Positions 29,137 to 38,988 of a stretch of DNA of 64,000 bases are shown piece after piece. The notes beneath the pieces are model-generated. The model ran no database searches and was not told the DNA's origin. It saw nothing but the letters and a program-made list of their open reading frames with translations. Numbering within the stretch: position 1 is the first letter of the stretch; the number at the start of each line of letters is the position of its first letter. Source of the DNA: an uncultured Chloroflexia bacterium (GTDB taxonomy: Bacteria > Chloroflexota > Limnocylindria > Limnocylindrales > CSP1-4); the NCBI GenBank assembly GCA_963713095.1, contig CAVQKK010000005.1, positions 387,217 to 451,216 of the forward strand, in the 5' to 3' direction. The translations under genes were made by a program, and so were the position numbers.

Positions 29137-30311
29137 CGCACCAACCCCAGGCCCAGCTGCTGCTCCATGAGCAGCGCCGACGCGCCAAGCACGACGACGT
29201 CGTCGTGGACGTGGCCAAACTCGATCTGCGTGTCGCGTGCGAGCAGTGACAGAACGCTCGACCGGGCGTACCGGCGGACCTCGCCGAGCCACTCGTCGCC
29301 GAACTCCGCGACCGGGCCGACCAGCAGCACATGGCGAACGTTGAGCACGCCGATCAGCCAGCCGACCGCGACTCCGAGCTCGCGCGCAGCATCGAGGACG
29401 ATCCGCCGGACGCGGGTGACGCCGGCCAGGAAGGCGGCCACGAGGCCGCTCTCGTCGGTGATCGATGGCTCCACGGCACGGGCCGCGTCGACCAGCGCGC
29501 GCATGCTCGTGATCGTCTCGAGGCATCCCTCCCGCCCGCAGCGGCACGGTGCGTCGGCGCTGCTCAGTGAGACGTGGCCGAGCTCGCCTGCGCCATAACC
29601 GTCGCCCTGGTACAGCTGCCCATTGAGGATGATCCCGGCGCCAACCCCGCGACCCACCTTGATCACGATCAGGTTGTTGGGCCGAGGGCGGCGAAAGAAG
29701 GTCAGCTCGGCGAGTGCAGCAGCGTGACTGTCGTTGGCGACCGCGACAGGCACGCCGTAACGCTGCTCGAGCAGCGGCCCGAGGCGGAGCTCCGCCCAGT
29801 TCAGGTTGACCGACCAGCGGACGATCCCCGTGCCCGTGTCGATGATGCCGGGCGCGCCGACGCCGATGCCGAGGAAGGGGGATTGGTCATCGGCACGCAG
29901 GGCGTCGACAAGTTGAAAGACGAGCTCGACGGTGGCATCGCCGTCTCGTCCCCCGGAGGGTAGCTGGATCGAGCGGAGGATCTCGCCACGCAGGTTGACG
30001 ACGGCACCGCTGAACTCCGCCTCGCCGAGGTCGAGCCCGATCAGGTGGCGACCGTCGGGATCAACGCGCAGCAGGATGGGCGACCTGCCCCCACTCGACG
30101 GGCCACGACCGGATTCTTCGATCAGGCCGTCATCGATGAGCGCGCCCACCAGGTCACCGACCGAGGTACGCGTCAAACCGGTCAGCCGGGCCAGGTCGGC
30201 GCGCGAGAGCAGACTCCGATCGTAGAGTGCACGCAGAACGAGCTGCTGGTTGAACGTCCGCGTCTGTCGGTGGGTTGCCTTTTCCGGAAGCACCGTCCCG
30301 CTGCCACTCAC
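29133..30311 (-). CDS. ROK-family transcriptional regulator (NagC/XylR-like, HTH + ROK)
   Basis: N-terminal wHTH (FNQQLVLRALYDRSLLSRADLARLTGLTRTSV) plus ROK domain with CRCGREGCLE; start GTG 30311 (GGAGGTGGAGGAG upstream) or GTG 30341. Confidence 0.75.
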   Translation of the reverse strand: MSGSGTVLPEKATHRQTRTFNQQLVLRALYDRSLLSRADLARLTGLTRTSVGDLVGALIDDGLIEESGRGPSSGGRSPILLRVDPDGRHLIGLDLGEAEFSGAVVNLRGEILRSIQLPSGGRDGDATVELVFQLVDALRADDQSPFLGIGVGAPGIIDTGTGIVRWSVNLNWAELRLGPLLEQRYGVPVAVANDSHAAALAELTFFRRPRPNNLIVIKVGRGVGAGIILNGQLYQGDGYGAGELGHVSLSSADAPCRCGREGCLETITSMRALVDAARAVEPSITDESGLVAAFLAGVTRVRRIVLDAARELGVAVGWLIGVLNVRHVLLVGPVAEFGDEWLGEVRRYARSSVLSLLARDTQIEFGHVHDDVVVLGASALLMEQQLGLGLVR

Positions 30312-30637
30312 CCGGGTGCACACTCCTCCACCTCCGGGCACCCTGACCCCCTGCCCGGCTCTGGCGGTAGCCTCGACGACGTCGAAGGGTATGCCGGCCG
30401 GGGGGCTTAGTCAAGTCGGTGGACAAACTTGCCAGGGCCCGGGGCCGACGCACATCCGACGCCCGCATGGGTGCCGACCGGCGGAATCCGTCCTATAGAC
30501 CAACGGCCGCGAGACCCCCAGTGTGGTCATCACGGACAGTCAACGGGCACTGTCACGCGCACTTCTCCTGACCGACCGGGCTGGCATCACCGGGAGTGGC
30601 TCTCGAGCCCCCGCCATCGTCCTGGAAGGTCGTTCCC

Positions 30638-31219
30638 ATGCACACCCTCTCGATCCGCCGACACACGGCCCTGGCCGTCGGCACGGCGGGCCTGCTCGCC
30701 GCCTCGCTCGCGGGGCCGGCCTTCGCCGCCGACACCGTGACCCAGACCATCGTGGCCGGCGGCCTGCTGTCCGCCAGCGTGGCGGACCTGAGCTTCCCAG
30801 ACGTCGACTACGACTACGCGACCCATGACGTCAGCGGGACGATGGTCCTGACCGCCGACGACGACCGCGGCACCTCGGCCGGTTGGAGCGTCACGATCCA
30901 GGGATCGGCGTTCGTGTACACCGGCGCCGCTGGTGGGACCGACATCCCGGCCGCCAACTTCGCTCTGACCTCGGCCGAGGAACCGACCCTGATCGCCGGT
31001 CAGGACGTCTCGCTGGTCGCCTCCACTGGGCCGCAGATCCCGATCGAGGGGATTGCCTTCGGCTCGCTCGCGTCCCCGATCAAGACGACCCGGGCGACCG
31101 CCGCCTATGGCAACGGGACATACAGCCAGAACCTCGGCGTCACGCTCACGATCCCGGGCCAGAGCAAGATCGGCACGTACACCGGCACGCTCACGACCAC
31201 CATCTCGGCGACGCCGTAA
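30638..31219 (+). CDS. secreted protein with divergent WxL-like C-terminal domain
   Basis: GGAAGG RBS 8 nt before ATG 30638; signal peptide MHTLSIRRHTALAVGTAGLLAASLAGPAFA; beta-rich; proximal W-x-V (AGWSVTIQG) and C-terminal YTGTLTTTISATP matching the WxL distal consensus YxxxLTWTLxxxP with W to T. Confidence 0.55.
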   Translation: MHTLSIRRHTALAVGTAGLLAASLAGPAFAADTVTQTIVAGGLLSASVADLSFPDVDYDYATHDVSGTMVLTADDDRGTSAGWSVTIQGSAFVYTGAAGGTDIPAANFALTSAEEPTLIAGQDVSLVASTGPQIPIEGIAFGSLASPIKTTRATAAYGNGTYSQNLGVTLTIPGQSKIGTYTGTLTTTISATP

Positions 31220-31221
31220 CC

Positions 31222-32253
31222 ATGCAGCTCGAGCGCCTGCGCCAACGGCGCGGCTCGTCGCTCGTCCTGCTGCCACTCCTCTTCGCGCTCGCGTTGCCGG
31301 GCGGGGCGCTCGCGTCGGACACGGCGGTCCGGCTCGCCGTGCTGCCGGTCGGCCAGGCGGGTCCATATTTCGATCTGGCGATAGGCCCTGGCGAGAGCCG
31401 GACCCTCGAGGTCGAGGTTGCCAACAAGGGGTCGGCCGATCTGGCGGTGGCGACCTATGCCGCCGATGTCTTCACCATCACGAACGGCGGCTACGGCGGC
31501 CGGCTGCGCGGCGAGCCCCGGACAGGGACCACGACCTGGCTTCGCTACCCGACCGACGTCTTCGAGCTGGCGGCGGGCGATCGGGCACGCCGGGCCTTCA
31601 CCGTCACCGTGCCGGAAGACGCGGCGAGCGGCGAGTACATCACCAGCATCGTGGTCGAGAATGACCGGCCGGTCGCGATTGGCGGCGCAACCGGCATGGA
31701 CCAGTTCGTCCGTCATGCCGTTGCGGTCGTCGTCACGGTGCCCGGCCCACGGCGGCCGGCGCTCGCTATCGGCGAGGCCAGCCACACGGTCGTGACCGGC
31801 CGGTCCGTGGTGGCTGTCGAGCTCGACAACGGCGGCAACGTCCGACTCAGGCCCGTCGCCAGCTTCGAGCTGCGCGACGCGGCCGGGGCCCTGGTCAGCC
31901 AGGCGAACATCGCGCTGGACACGATCTATGCGCACACCTCGACTCGCCTCGAGGTGCCGCTCGCGGCGCTCCTCCAGCCGGGCACCTACCACGTTGCGCT
32001 GGGGCTCGCCGATGCCGCCCAGGGCCTCTCCGTCGAGCGGGACGATCTCACCTTCGTGGTCGGGCCGCCGCCGGCAACGACCGGGCCAGGTCCGGGGCCC
32101 ACCCTGACCGCGGTCAACCAGCAATCAGGCGAGACATCAATCCCTTTGCCAGCCGTGCTGGCGCTGCTCGGTGCCGCCCTGCTCGGTGCCGCGCTGCTCG
32201 CCTCGCTCGGGTTCGTCGCGCGCCGGCGGACCCGGAACCGGTCCGGCCGGTAG
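31222..32253 (+). CDS. DUF916/DUF3324-like cell-surface protein with C-terminal TM anchor
   Basis: ATG 31222 two nt after upstream TAA; signal peptide; YFDLAIGPGESRTLEVEVANKGSADLAVATYAADVFT matches the DUF916 core (YFDL..PGq.q.l.v.v.N); C-terminal LPAVLALLGAALLGAALLASLGFVARRRTRNRSGR anchor. Confidence 0.55.
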   Translation: MQLERLRQRRGSSLVLLPLLFALALPGGALASDTAVRLAVLPVGQAGPYFDLAIGPGESRTLEVEVANKGSADLAVATYAADVFTITNGGYGGRLRGEPRTGTTTWLRYPTDVFELAAGDRARRAFTVTVPEDAASGEYITSIVVENDRPVAIGGATGMDQFVRHAVAVVVTVPGPRRPALAIGEASHTVVTGRSVVAVELDNGGNVRLRPVASFELRDAAGALVSQANIALDTIYAHTSTRLEVPLAALLQPGTYHVALGLADAAQGLSVERDDLTFVVGPPPATTGPGPGPTLTAVNQQSGETSIPLPAVLALLGAALLGAALLASLGFVARRRTRNRSGR

Positions 32254-32897
32254 GAAATCTCGGTCCCGCGAGGTTGACGGCGGCGCCAATCCGCCGAAGC
32301 GACGGGCACGGATCCCCACCGACCCGCACCGAGCAGATCCTGGCCTTCGTCGGCAGCCTGGTCGCACCGCCACCGGGCGTTGGCAGGATGGTCGGGCGCG
32401 CCATTGATCGCCGCGGTCCCGGCCCGATGGCACCGTGCCCGAACGCTCGTGAGAGCCATGCTGGTCGGAGGGTCACTCCGGTCCAGCGACCTGATACGGT
32501 GGCGTCCCATGCCTCCACGGCGTGGTCCCGCTCGCAGGGCAGCGGCGAGACCTGTCTGTCGACGGCGGGCGGATCACGTTCACGCCGGTCGAAGGCGCGG
32601 CGGGCGCCCCGAGGCGCGGGCCCCCGTTCGCGGCTCGCCTGGCGAGCTGTTCCCCCCTCGACGGGATCGGTCGCGGACCCGTGTCTCGTGGCGCCTCGTC
32701 TGATCATGACGATCGCCGCTTATCTGCCACTTATCCGGGAGCGCCGATCCGGTGCTGCTGCGTTGCGATGCTGCCCTGTGGCGCTCGCGGGCGTTGCCCA
32801 TAGCGGACGGCGGCGGGACGCTTGACGCAGGAGCCCCGGGGGCGACGATTCGGGGTGTCGCGGGGCGCGCGGGTGCGCCACCGCGGGGATGTGAGAC

Positions 32898-33140
32898 ATG
32901 ACGATCCTGCTGAACGTGACGTTGGCGCTGGGCCTCGCCGGCCTGGTCGGGCTGCTGGTGGCCTACTCGATCCGCAAAGGCCGCGAGGTCGTAGGTCAGG
33001 CGTTCGGGCTCCCGGGGCCTGACGAGCCGAAGCCGCGCGAGGCCGATCCCCCGCCCCGCTGGGTGTTTCCCCGCGGCGGCGCACCCGTTCTGCGGCACGG
33101 ACGGGTGGCGCGGCGGCGGCCGCCCCGGCAGGGACGGTGA
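32898..33140 (+). CDS. possible small membrane protein (80 aa)
   Basis: ATG 32898 after GGGGATGTGAGAC; N-terminal TM MTILLNVTLALGLAGLVGLLVAYSI then Pro/Arg-rich tail; weak. Confidence 0.2.
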   Translation: MTILLNVTLALGLAGLVGLLVAYSIRKGREVVGQAFGLPGPDEPKPREADPPPRWVFPRGGAPVLRHGRVARRRPPRQGR

Positions 33141-33248
33141 GCCCGTCGCGGAACCCCTGCCGCCACCTCGGTCACGTCGACCGCGGGCCGAGCCCGCCCC
33201 GGGCTCTTGCGTTACCGCGGCATGGCACCCCGTCCCGCGACAGGTGCC

Positions 33249-34793
33249 CTATCCCTCGACCGGGAGATGCCGCGCAGGCATGAACCGTGCGACCAGCACC
33301 GCCCCGACGACGATCACGGCAGCGGCCACGACGGCGCCTGCCGACAGCGCGTCGACGAAGCCGGTCCTGGCGGCGGCCGCGAGCGCCTCCCCGGCCGCAC
33401 CCGGCAGCTGGGCGGCGATCGCGAGCGCGGCACCGACCGAGTCACCGGCCGGTCCTGACACCTGCGGCGGGAGCTTGGCCACCGCGTCGGCCATGCGATC
33501 TGAGTACACGGAGTTCATCACCGACCCGACGACCGCGACACCGAGCGCGCCGGCGGTCTGTCCGACCAGCACGTTGACAGCCGATCCGATACCGGCACGC
33601 TCCTCCGGCACGGCGCCCAGGATCGCGTCGGCCGACGGCGCCATGACATTCGCCATCGCGACCGCCGCGCAGAACAGCGTGAGCGATACCACCCAATCCT
33701 CGGTCCTGATCGACCACTGGGTCACGCTGAGCACGACCAGGGCGACGGCGACCAGGGCCCCGGCCACGACCCGGCCCGTGCCCAGCCGGCCCACCAGTCG
33801 GACGCTGAGCCCGGCCCCGATCGGGATCCCGACAGCGAGCGGCAGCATGATCGCCCCGGCCTCGAGCGGCGACCTCGCCAGCACGAACTGCAGGAACTGG
33901 GTCAGGCCGAAGATCACGGCGAACAGGCCGAAGAAGTTGGCGCTGATCGCGGTCACCCCGGCGGTCATGCGGCGGTTTCGGAACAGGCCGAAGTCGAGCA
34001 TCGGGTGATCGGCGTGCAGCTCCCACCATCCGAACGCCACCGCGAGCACCGCCGCGACCAGGAACGAGCCCAGGATCACGGGGTCCGTCCAGCCGCTGCG
34101 CGGCGCGTCGATGATCCCGTACACGAGGATCGAGACCGCGCTGATCGAAAGGGCGGCGCCGGGCAGATCGATCCCCGCCCGGCCCGGGTCGCGGCTGTCG
34201 GGCACCAGCAGGATGCCGAACAGCAGGGCCGCCGCGGCGACCGGGACGTTGATCAGGAACACGGCGGACCAGTCGAAATGCTCGATCAGGAACCCGCCGG
34301 TGACCGGACCCAGCCCGATGCCCAGGCCCATGATCCCGGACCAGGCGGCGATCGCCCGGCCACGCTCCTCGCGGGGGAAGACATTGATCAGGATCGACAG
34401 GGTCGAGGGCATCATCATCGCCGCCCCGGTGCCCATCACGGCCCGGGCCGCGATCAGCTGCTCGGCGGTCGTCGCGAAGGTCGCCGCGATCGAGGCGCCG
34501 CCGAACACCAGCAGCCCCAGCTGGAGAAGCCGGGCGCGCCCGAACCGGTCGCCCAGGGCGCCCATCAGGAGCAGCAGCCCGGCAAACACGAGGATGTACG
34601 CGTCGACCATCCATTGCAGCTGCGCGGCGGTGGCGTCGAAGGCGGTCTGGAGGGTGGGCAGCGCGACGTTGAGCACGAAGTTGTCGAGCCCGATGATGAC
34701 CAGGCTCAGGGACAGCACGCCCAGGATGAGCCAGCGGCGCTCGTAGACGCGAACGGCCCGGGCATCCGGGGTTCGGGAGATCGGGACGTCCAT
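33249..34793 (-). CDS. MFS transporter, DHA2 (EmrB/QacA) drug-efflux type, 14 TM
   Basis: ATG at M39 of ORF (MDVPISRTPD..); motifs LDNFVLNVALPTLQ, GALGDRFGRARLLQLGLLVFGGASI. Confidence 0.85.
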   Translation of the reverse strand: MDVPISRTPDARAVRVYERRWLILGVLSLSLVIIGLDNFVLNVALPTLQTAFDATAAQLQWMVDAYILVFAGLLLLMGALGDRFGRARLLQLGLLVFGGASIAATFATTAEQLIAARAVMGTGAAMMMPSTLSILINVFPREERGRAIAAWSGIMGLGIGLGPVTGGFLIEHFDWSAVFLINVPVAAAALLFGILLVPDSRDPGRAGIDLPGAALSISAVSILVYGIIDAPRSGWTDPVILGSFLVAAVLAVAFGWWELHADHPMLDFGLFRNRRMTAGVTAISANFFGLFAVIFGLTQFLQFVLARSPLEAGAIMLPLAVGIPIGAGLSVRLVGRLGTGRVVAGALVAVALVVLSVTQWSIRTEDWVVSLTLFCAAVAMANVMAPSADAILGAVPEERAGIGSAVNVLVGQTAGALGVAVVGSVMNSVYSDRMADAVAKLPPQVSGPAGDSVGAALAIAAQLPGAAGEALAAAARTGFVDALSAGAVVAAAVIVVGAVLVARFMPARHLPVEG

Positions 34794-34797
34794 CGGG

Positions 34798-35601
34798 TTA
34801 CTCCTCGTTGGCGGCGCCGTGATCCGGCGTCGTGGGCTGGAGGCTGCGCAGAGCAGCGGCGCCGAGCTGCTCGAAGGCGTCCTCGAGCGGCAGGTCGAGC
34901 CCGGCAATCTGCTTCGCGACAGGGCGCGTGAGCAGGTGGAAGACCAGCGGGCCGAGCACGCACTGGACCGCGAGGATCGGGTTCATGCGCTCGAGACGGC
35001 CCAGCCCCATCTGGCGCTCGAGATAGCCACCGACCGCCCGGATCATCGCGCGCAGCGGGCGGCCGGCCCCGGCGACGGCATCGGGTGACCCCGACCAGAC
35101 CTCGACGTAGACCGCGCGCAGCAGGCCAAGGTTGGCCGCCGCGATCGAGGCCACCATTCGATGGATGACCGGGACCACCTCGCTGGGAGGACGGTCCCCC
35201 ACCTGGTCGAGCAGCGCGATGACGGGCGCGAAGGGGGTGTGCGTGAGCAGCAGCGCCTCGAACAGCGCGGGCTTGCCCGGGAACAGCCGGTAGACGCTGG
35301 CTCGCGACACCTCGGCCGCCGCGGCAACCTCGTCCATCGACAGCGCCTCGAGGCCGTCTCGAGCGACCAGCTCGGCCGCCACGGCGAGCACCCGCTCCCG
35401 GCTGCCGGGATCGGGCTCCACGCCGACGGCCGCCAGCAGCTCCGCGCGCCTCCGGAAGTGCCGGTGCAGGGTTGCCCGCGACACGCCGGCGGCGCGCGCC
35501 ACGGCCTCCATCGGCAGGTTCGGATCGTCCGCGAGGGCACGCCTGGCGGACGCCACGATCCGCTCGGCAGTGGTCGTCGGTGGCTCGCTCGTCGTTGGCA
35601 T
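34798..35601 (-). CDS. TetR-family transcriptional regulator with two tandem TetR-type HTH segments
   Basis: HTH-like stretches TAERIVASARRALADDPNLPMEAVARAAGVSRATLHRHF and RERVLAVAAELVARDGLEALSMDEVAAAAEVSRASVYRLF; 4 nt upstream of MFS gene. Confidence 0.8.
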   Translation of the reverse strand: MPTTSEPPTTTAERIVASARRALADDPNLPMEAVARAAGVSRATLHRHFRRRAELLAAVGVEPDPGSRERVLAVAAELVARDGLEALSMDEVAAAAEVSRASVYRLFPGKPALFEALLLTHTPFAPVIALLDQVGDRPPSEVVPVIHRMVASIAAANLGLLRAVYVEVWSGSPDAVAGAGRPLRAMIRAVGGYLERQMGLGRLERMNPILAVQCVLGPLVFHLLTRPVAKQIAGLDLPLEDAFEQLGAAALRSLQPTTPDHGAANEE

Positions 35602-35616
35602 GAGACGACACTAGAC

Positions 35617-35634
35617 GCGACGTCCCGTCTTGTC
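35617..35634. promoter_or_regulatory. candidate TetR operator (18-bp imperfect palindrome AGACGCGACGTCCCGTCT)
   Basis: 16/18 self-complementary around a central GACGTC, 16 nt upstream of the TetR start codon. Confidence 0.35.
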
Positions 35635-35733
35635 AAGTGGCACCCAGACAGGATCTCACCGGGGGCGCGGGCGGCCCGCGAGTCGCCCACGGAGGCGCCG
35701 CGAACCGGCTGACGTGGCCGTTGCGGGAAGCGA

Positions 35734-38094
35734 TCAGGCGCGACGCACCGAGACCGGCGTCACGAACCGGCAGCGAACCGGGAGCTCAGCCACCGACCCG
35801 GTCACCGCGAGCGTCGCCGACAGCGGCCGATCATCGGATGACGTCCCGGCCCACAGCGTCACCGTGCCCGGCTCGACGATCCTCCGGTACTCGACGCCCG
35901 TGTGGGCGAGCTGCTCCGAATGGATGGTGAACCGGACGTCGGCCGCCTCGCCTGGGTCGAGCGAGACGCGGGCGAAGCCGCACAGCTCGAGCACCGGGCG
36001 CGCCACGTCGGCCTCCTCGTCGCGCAGGTAGAGCTGGACGACCTCGTCGCCCGCCCGGTCGCCGGTGTTGGCCACCCGCACGTTGATCCCGACCTCGCCG
36101 TCGCAGGTCGCGATCGAGGGCCGGTCGAGAACCAGGTCCGACAGGGCGAAGGTCGTGTACGAGCGGCCGAACCCGAACGGCCACAGCGGGCCCGCCTGTC
36201 CGTCGACGTGATCGCCGCGCGGGTTCGATCGGCCGCCCGACGGGTGGTGGCGGTATTGCAGGGGCACCTGGCCGACGCCGCGCAGCATCGATACCGGGAG
36301 CTTGCCGCCCGGGGCCACGTCACCCACCAGCACATCAACCAGCGCGTCGGGCCCCTCGTCGCCCGGGACCCACGCGAGCAGGACGGCGGCGCAATGGTGG
36401 GCGGCCCACTCGAGCGCGAGCGGCCGGCCACTGACCACGACCAGCACGGTCGGCGTCCCGGTCGCCACTACGGCCTCGAGCAGCTCCTGCTGGCGCCCCA
36501 GCAGGCCCAGGCCGCGCCGGTCGCGGAACTCGCCGGTCGTCGAGTCGTCGGTGAGCCCGGACCGCTCGCCGAGCACCAGGACCGCGATGTCGGCATCCCG
36601 CGCGGCATCGACGGCCATCGCCAGCTCGTCGTCCCCGCCTTCACGGAGCCCCGTCCCGCGAACGTAGCGCACGGTATCGGGCCCGAACCGCTCCCGGAAC
36701 GCGTCGAGGATCGTGCGCCGGCCGGCGAGCTCGTCCTCGAGCGAGAGCGACCCGTGCGCCTGGACGCCGAACATCGGCTGGTTGGCGATCTCGAGCAGGG
36801 TCTCGACGTGGAGCGGGTGGCTGTAGTCGCCGAGCAGGTCCCGCGCGCTGTCGGCGATGGGCCCGATGAGCGCGAGCTGCCGGGGTGCGCGTGGCAGCGG
36901 CAGGACGCCATCGTTCTCGAGCAGGACCATCGACCGGGCGGCAAGCTGGCGACCCAGCCTGCGCTCGTCGCGCGCCAGGTCCTCGAGGGCGGCCTCGGTC
37001 GGGATCTCCACGTATGGCCGCTCGAACAGGCCGAGCCGCATCTTGGCCGTCAGCACGCGGACGACGGCGGCATCAAGCAGCGCCTCGTCCACCCGGCCGT
37101 CGGCGATCGCCTCGGCCAGCGGCTCCGCATAGGCGACGCTTCGAGGCAGCTCCAGGTCGACGCCCGCCGCCAGGGACAGCGCGGCCGCCGTGCCCAGTTC
37201 GGGCGTCAGACCGTGCTGACCCTGCAGCTGCTCGATCCCCATGTAGTCCGAGGCAACCAGCCCGTCGAAGGCCCATTCCTCCCGGAGCACGTCGACCAGC
37301 AGCTCGCGCGAGGCGTGGCAGGGAACGCCATCGACGTCGCAGTAGGCGGGCATCACGGTGGCGAGATCCGCCTCGCGGATGGCCGCCTCGAAGGGCAGCA
37401 GCTGCTCGTCGCGCAGCTCACGCCAGCCGGCGTGCACGGGTGCCATGTTGAGGCCGCCCTCCGCCAGGCCGTGGCCGACCATGTGCTTGCCGGTCGCGAG
37501 CACCCCGTCCGCCCGCGAAGACCCCTGGATGCCGCGGACGTATGCGACGCCCATGGCCGCGGCCAGGTACGGGTCCTCGCCGTAGGTCTCCTCGATCCGG
37601 CCCCAACGGGGATCGCGGGTGACGTCGAGCACGGGTGCCAGCGCATGCCGGGCGCCCATCGCGAGCATCCGCCGGCGGATCGTGCCGGCGATCTCCTCGA
37701 CCAGGGCCCGATCGAAGCTGGCGGCAGCTCCGATCGACTGCTGGAACACCGGGGCGTCCCGGGCGAGGAGCCCGTGAAGGGTCTCTTCGTGCAAGATCGC
37801 CGGGATGCCCAGGCGCGTCTCCTCGACCAGGAAGCGCTGGATGTCGTTGCCGATCCGAGCCGCCTCGGTCACCGGCAGGTTGGTGGCGCCGGCGATCCGG
37901 GTGATCTCCCCCAGGCCGTTGCTCAGCAGCAGCTCGAGTCGCTCGCGGTCGAGACGGCCTCCGGGCACGATCTGGAACCCCCAGACGGAGCCCAGCTGAG
38001 CGATCTTCTCGCGGAGCGTCATCCGGCTCAACAGGTCGGCGACCCGCTCGTCGACGCTGAGCGACGGGTCGAGGTGGCGCGCGTCGGTTGTCAT
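35734..38094 (-). CDS. bglX: GH3 beta-glucosidase (BglX-type, 786 aa)
   Basis: ATG 38094 overlapping permease stop (TGATG); GH3 motifs LGIPAILHEETLHG, GKHMVGHG, DYMGIE; upstream 228 aa of ORF 35734..38781 is a shadow. Confidence 0.85.
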   Translation of the reverse strand: MTTDARHLDPSLSVDERVADLLSRMTLREKIAQLGSVWGFQIVPGGRLDRERLELLLSNGLGEITRIAGATNLPVTEAARIGNDIQRFLVEETRLGIPAILHEETLHGLLARDAPVFQQSIGAAASFDRALVEEIAGTIRRRMLAMGARHALAPVLDVTRDPRWGRIEETYGEDPYLAAAMGVAYVRGIQGSSRADGVLATGKHMVGHGLAEGGLNMAPVHAGWRELRDEQLLPFEAAIREADLATVMPAYCDVDGVPCHASRELLVDVLREEWAFDGLVASDYMGIEQLQGQHGLTPELGTAAALSLAAGVDLELPRSVAYAEPLAEAIADGRVDEALLDAAVVRVLTAKMRLGLFERPYVEIPTEAALEDLARDERRLGRQLAARSMVLLENDGVLPLPRAPRQLALIGPIADSARDLLGDYSHPLHVETLLEIANQPMFGVQAHGSLSLEDELAGRRTILDAFRERFGPDTVRYVRGTGLREGGDDELAMAVDAARDADIAVLVLGERSGLTDDSTTGEFRDRRGLGLLGRQQELLEAVVATGTPTVLVVVSGRPLALEWAAHHCAAVLLAWVPGDEGPDALVDVLVGDVAPGGKLPVSMLRGVGQVPLQYRHHPSGGRSNPRGDHVDGQAGPLWPFGFGRSYTTFALSDLVLDRPSIATCDGEVGINVRVANTGDRAGDEVVQLYLRDEEADVARPVLELCGFARVSLDPGEAADVRFTIHSEQLAHTGVEYRRIVEPGTVTLWAGTSSDDRPLSATLAVTGSVAELPVRCRFVTPVSVRRA

Positions 38095-38984
38095 CAGCCT
38101 TTCACCGATCCGGCCGTCAGGCCGCTTACGAGCTGGCGCTCCGCGACCGCGTAGAACGCGATCGCGGGCAGGATCGCGACCACCGTGAACGCCAGGACCC
38201 TCGCCTGATCCTGGCCGTACTGGGTCGAGAAGTTCATGACCCCCAGCGGTAACGTCCACTGATCCGCGCCGTTGAGCAGGATCAGCGGCAGCAGGAACTG
38301 GTTCCAGGTCATGACGGTGGCCAGGATGCTCACCGTCGCGAGCGCCGGCCGGGCCAGCGGCAGCAGCACCCGCCAGAAGAATGCGAACGAGCTGCAGCCG
38401 TCGATCCGCGCCGCATCCTCGAGCTCGCGGGGGATGCTCCGGAAGAAGGGGCGCAGGATCACGATCGTGAGCGGCAGCGCGAATGCCGCCTCCGGGAGCG
38501 CCACGCCCAGCAGGTTGCCGTTGAGGCCGATCTCCCGGATGAGGATGTACAGGGGAAGGATCGCGACCGCCGACGGAAACAGCAGACCCAACACGAACAA
38601 CGTGAACATGGCCTCGCGGCCGCGGAACGCGAACCTCGCGAACACGAACGCCGCGAACGATGCGAACGTCACGGTCACGCCGACCGCCACGACCGCCACG
38701 ATCAGGCTGTTGGCCGCCTCCCGCCAGAAGGTCCCGGCGTTGTCGCCGAACAGCACGCTGGTGTAGTTCGTGAACACCCACGGGTCGGGGACGATCGCGA
38801 CCGGGTTGGCGACCAGCTGCCCGTTGGTCTTGAACCCGCCCAGGATCGCGTACAGGATCGGGACCAGGATCGTGATCGCCACCACGAGCAGCACGACCCA
38901 GGCGGCGGTGCCGGAGATCGAGCGTGAGCCGGCGACCCGCAGGTCGCGCGCGCGGCGCGTGGGGGTAGCGGTCTGCGTCGTCAT
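38094..38984 (-). CDS. carbohydrate ABC transporter permease (MalG-like)
   Basis: EDAARIDGCSSFAFFWRVLLPL loop; 6 TM. Confidence 0.85.
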   Translation of the reverse strand: MTTQTATPTRRARDLRVAGSRSISGTAAWVVLLVVAITILVPILYAILGGFKTNGQLVANPVAIVPDPWVFTNYTSVLFGDNAGTFWREAANSLIVAVVAVGVTVTFASFAAFVFARFAFRGREAMFTLFVLGLLFPSAVAILPLYILIREIGLNGNLLGVALPEAAFALPLTIVILRPFFRSIPRELEDAARIDGCSSFAFFWRVLLPLARPALATVSILATVMTWNQFLLPLILLNGADQWTLPLGVMNFSTQYGQDQARVLAFTVVAILPAIAFYAVAERQLVSGLTAGSVKG

Positions 38985-38988
38985 CGGG

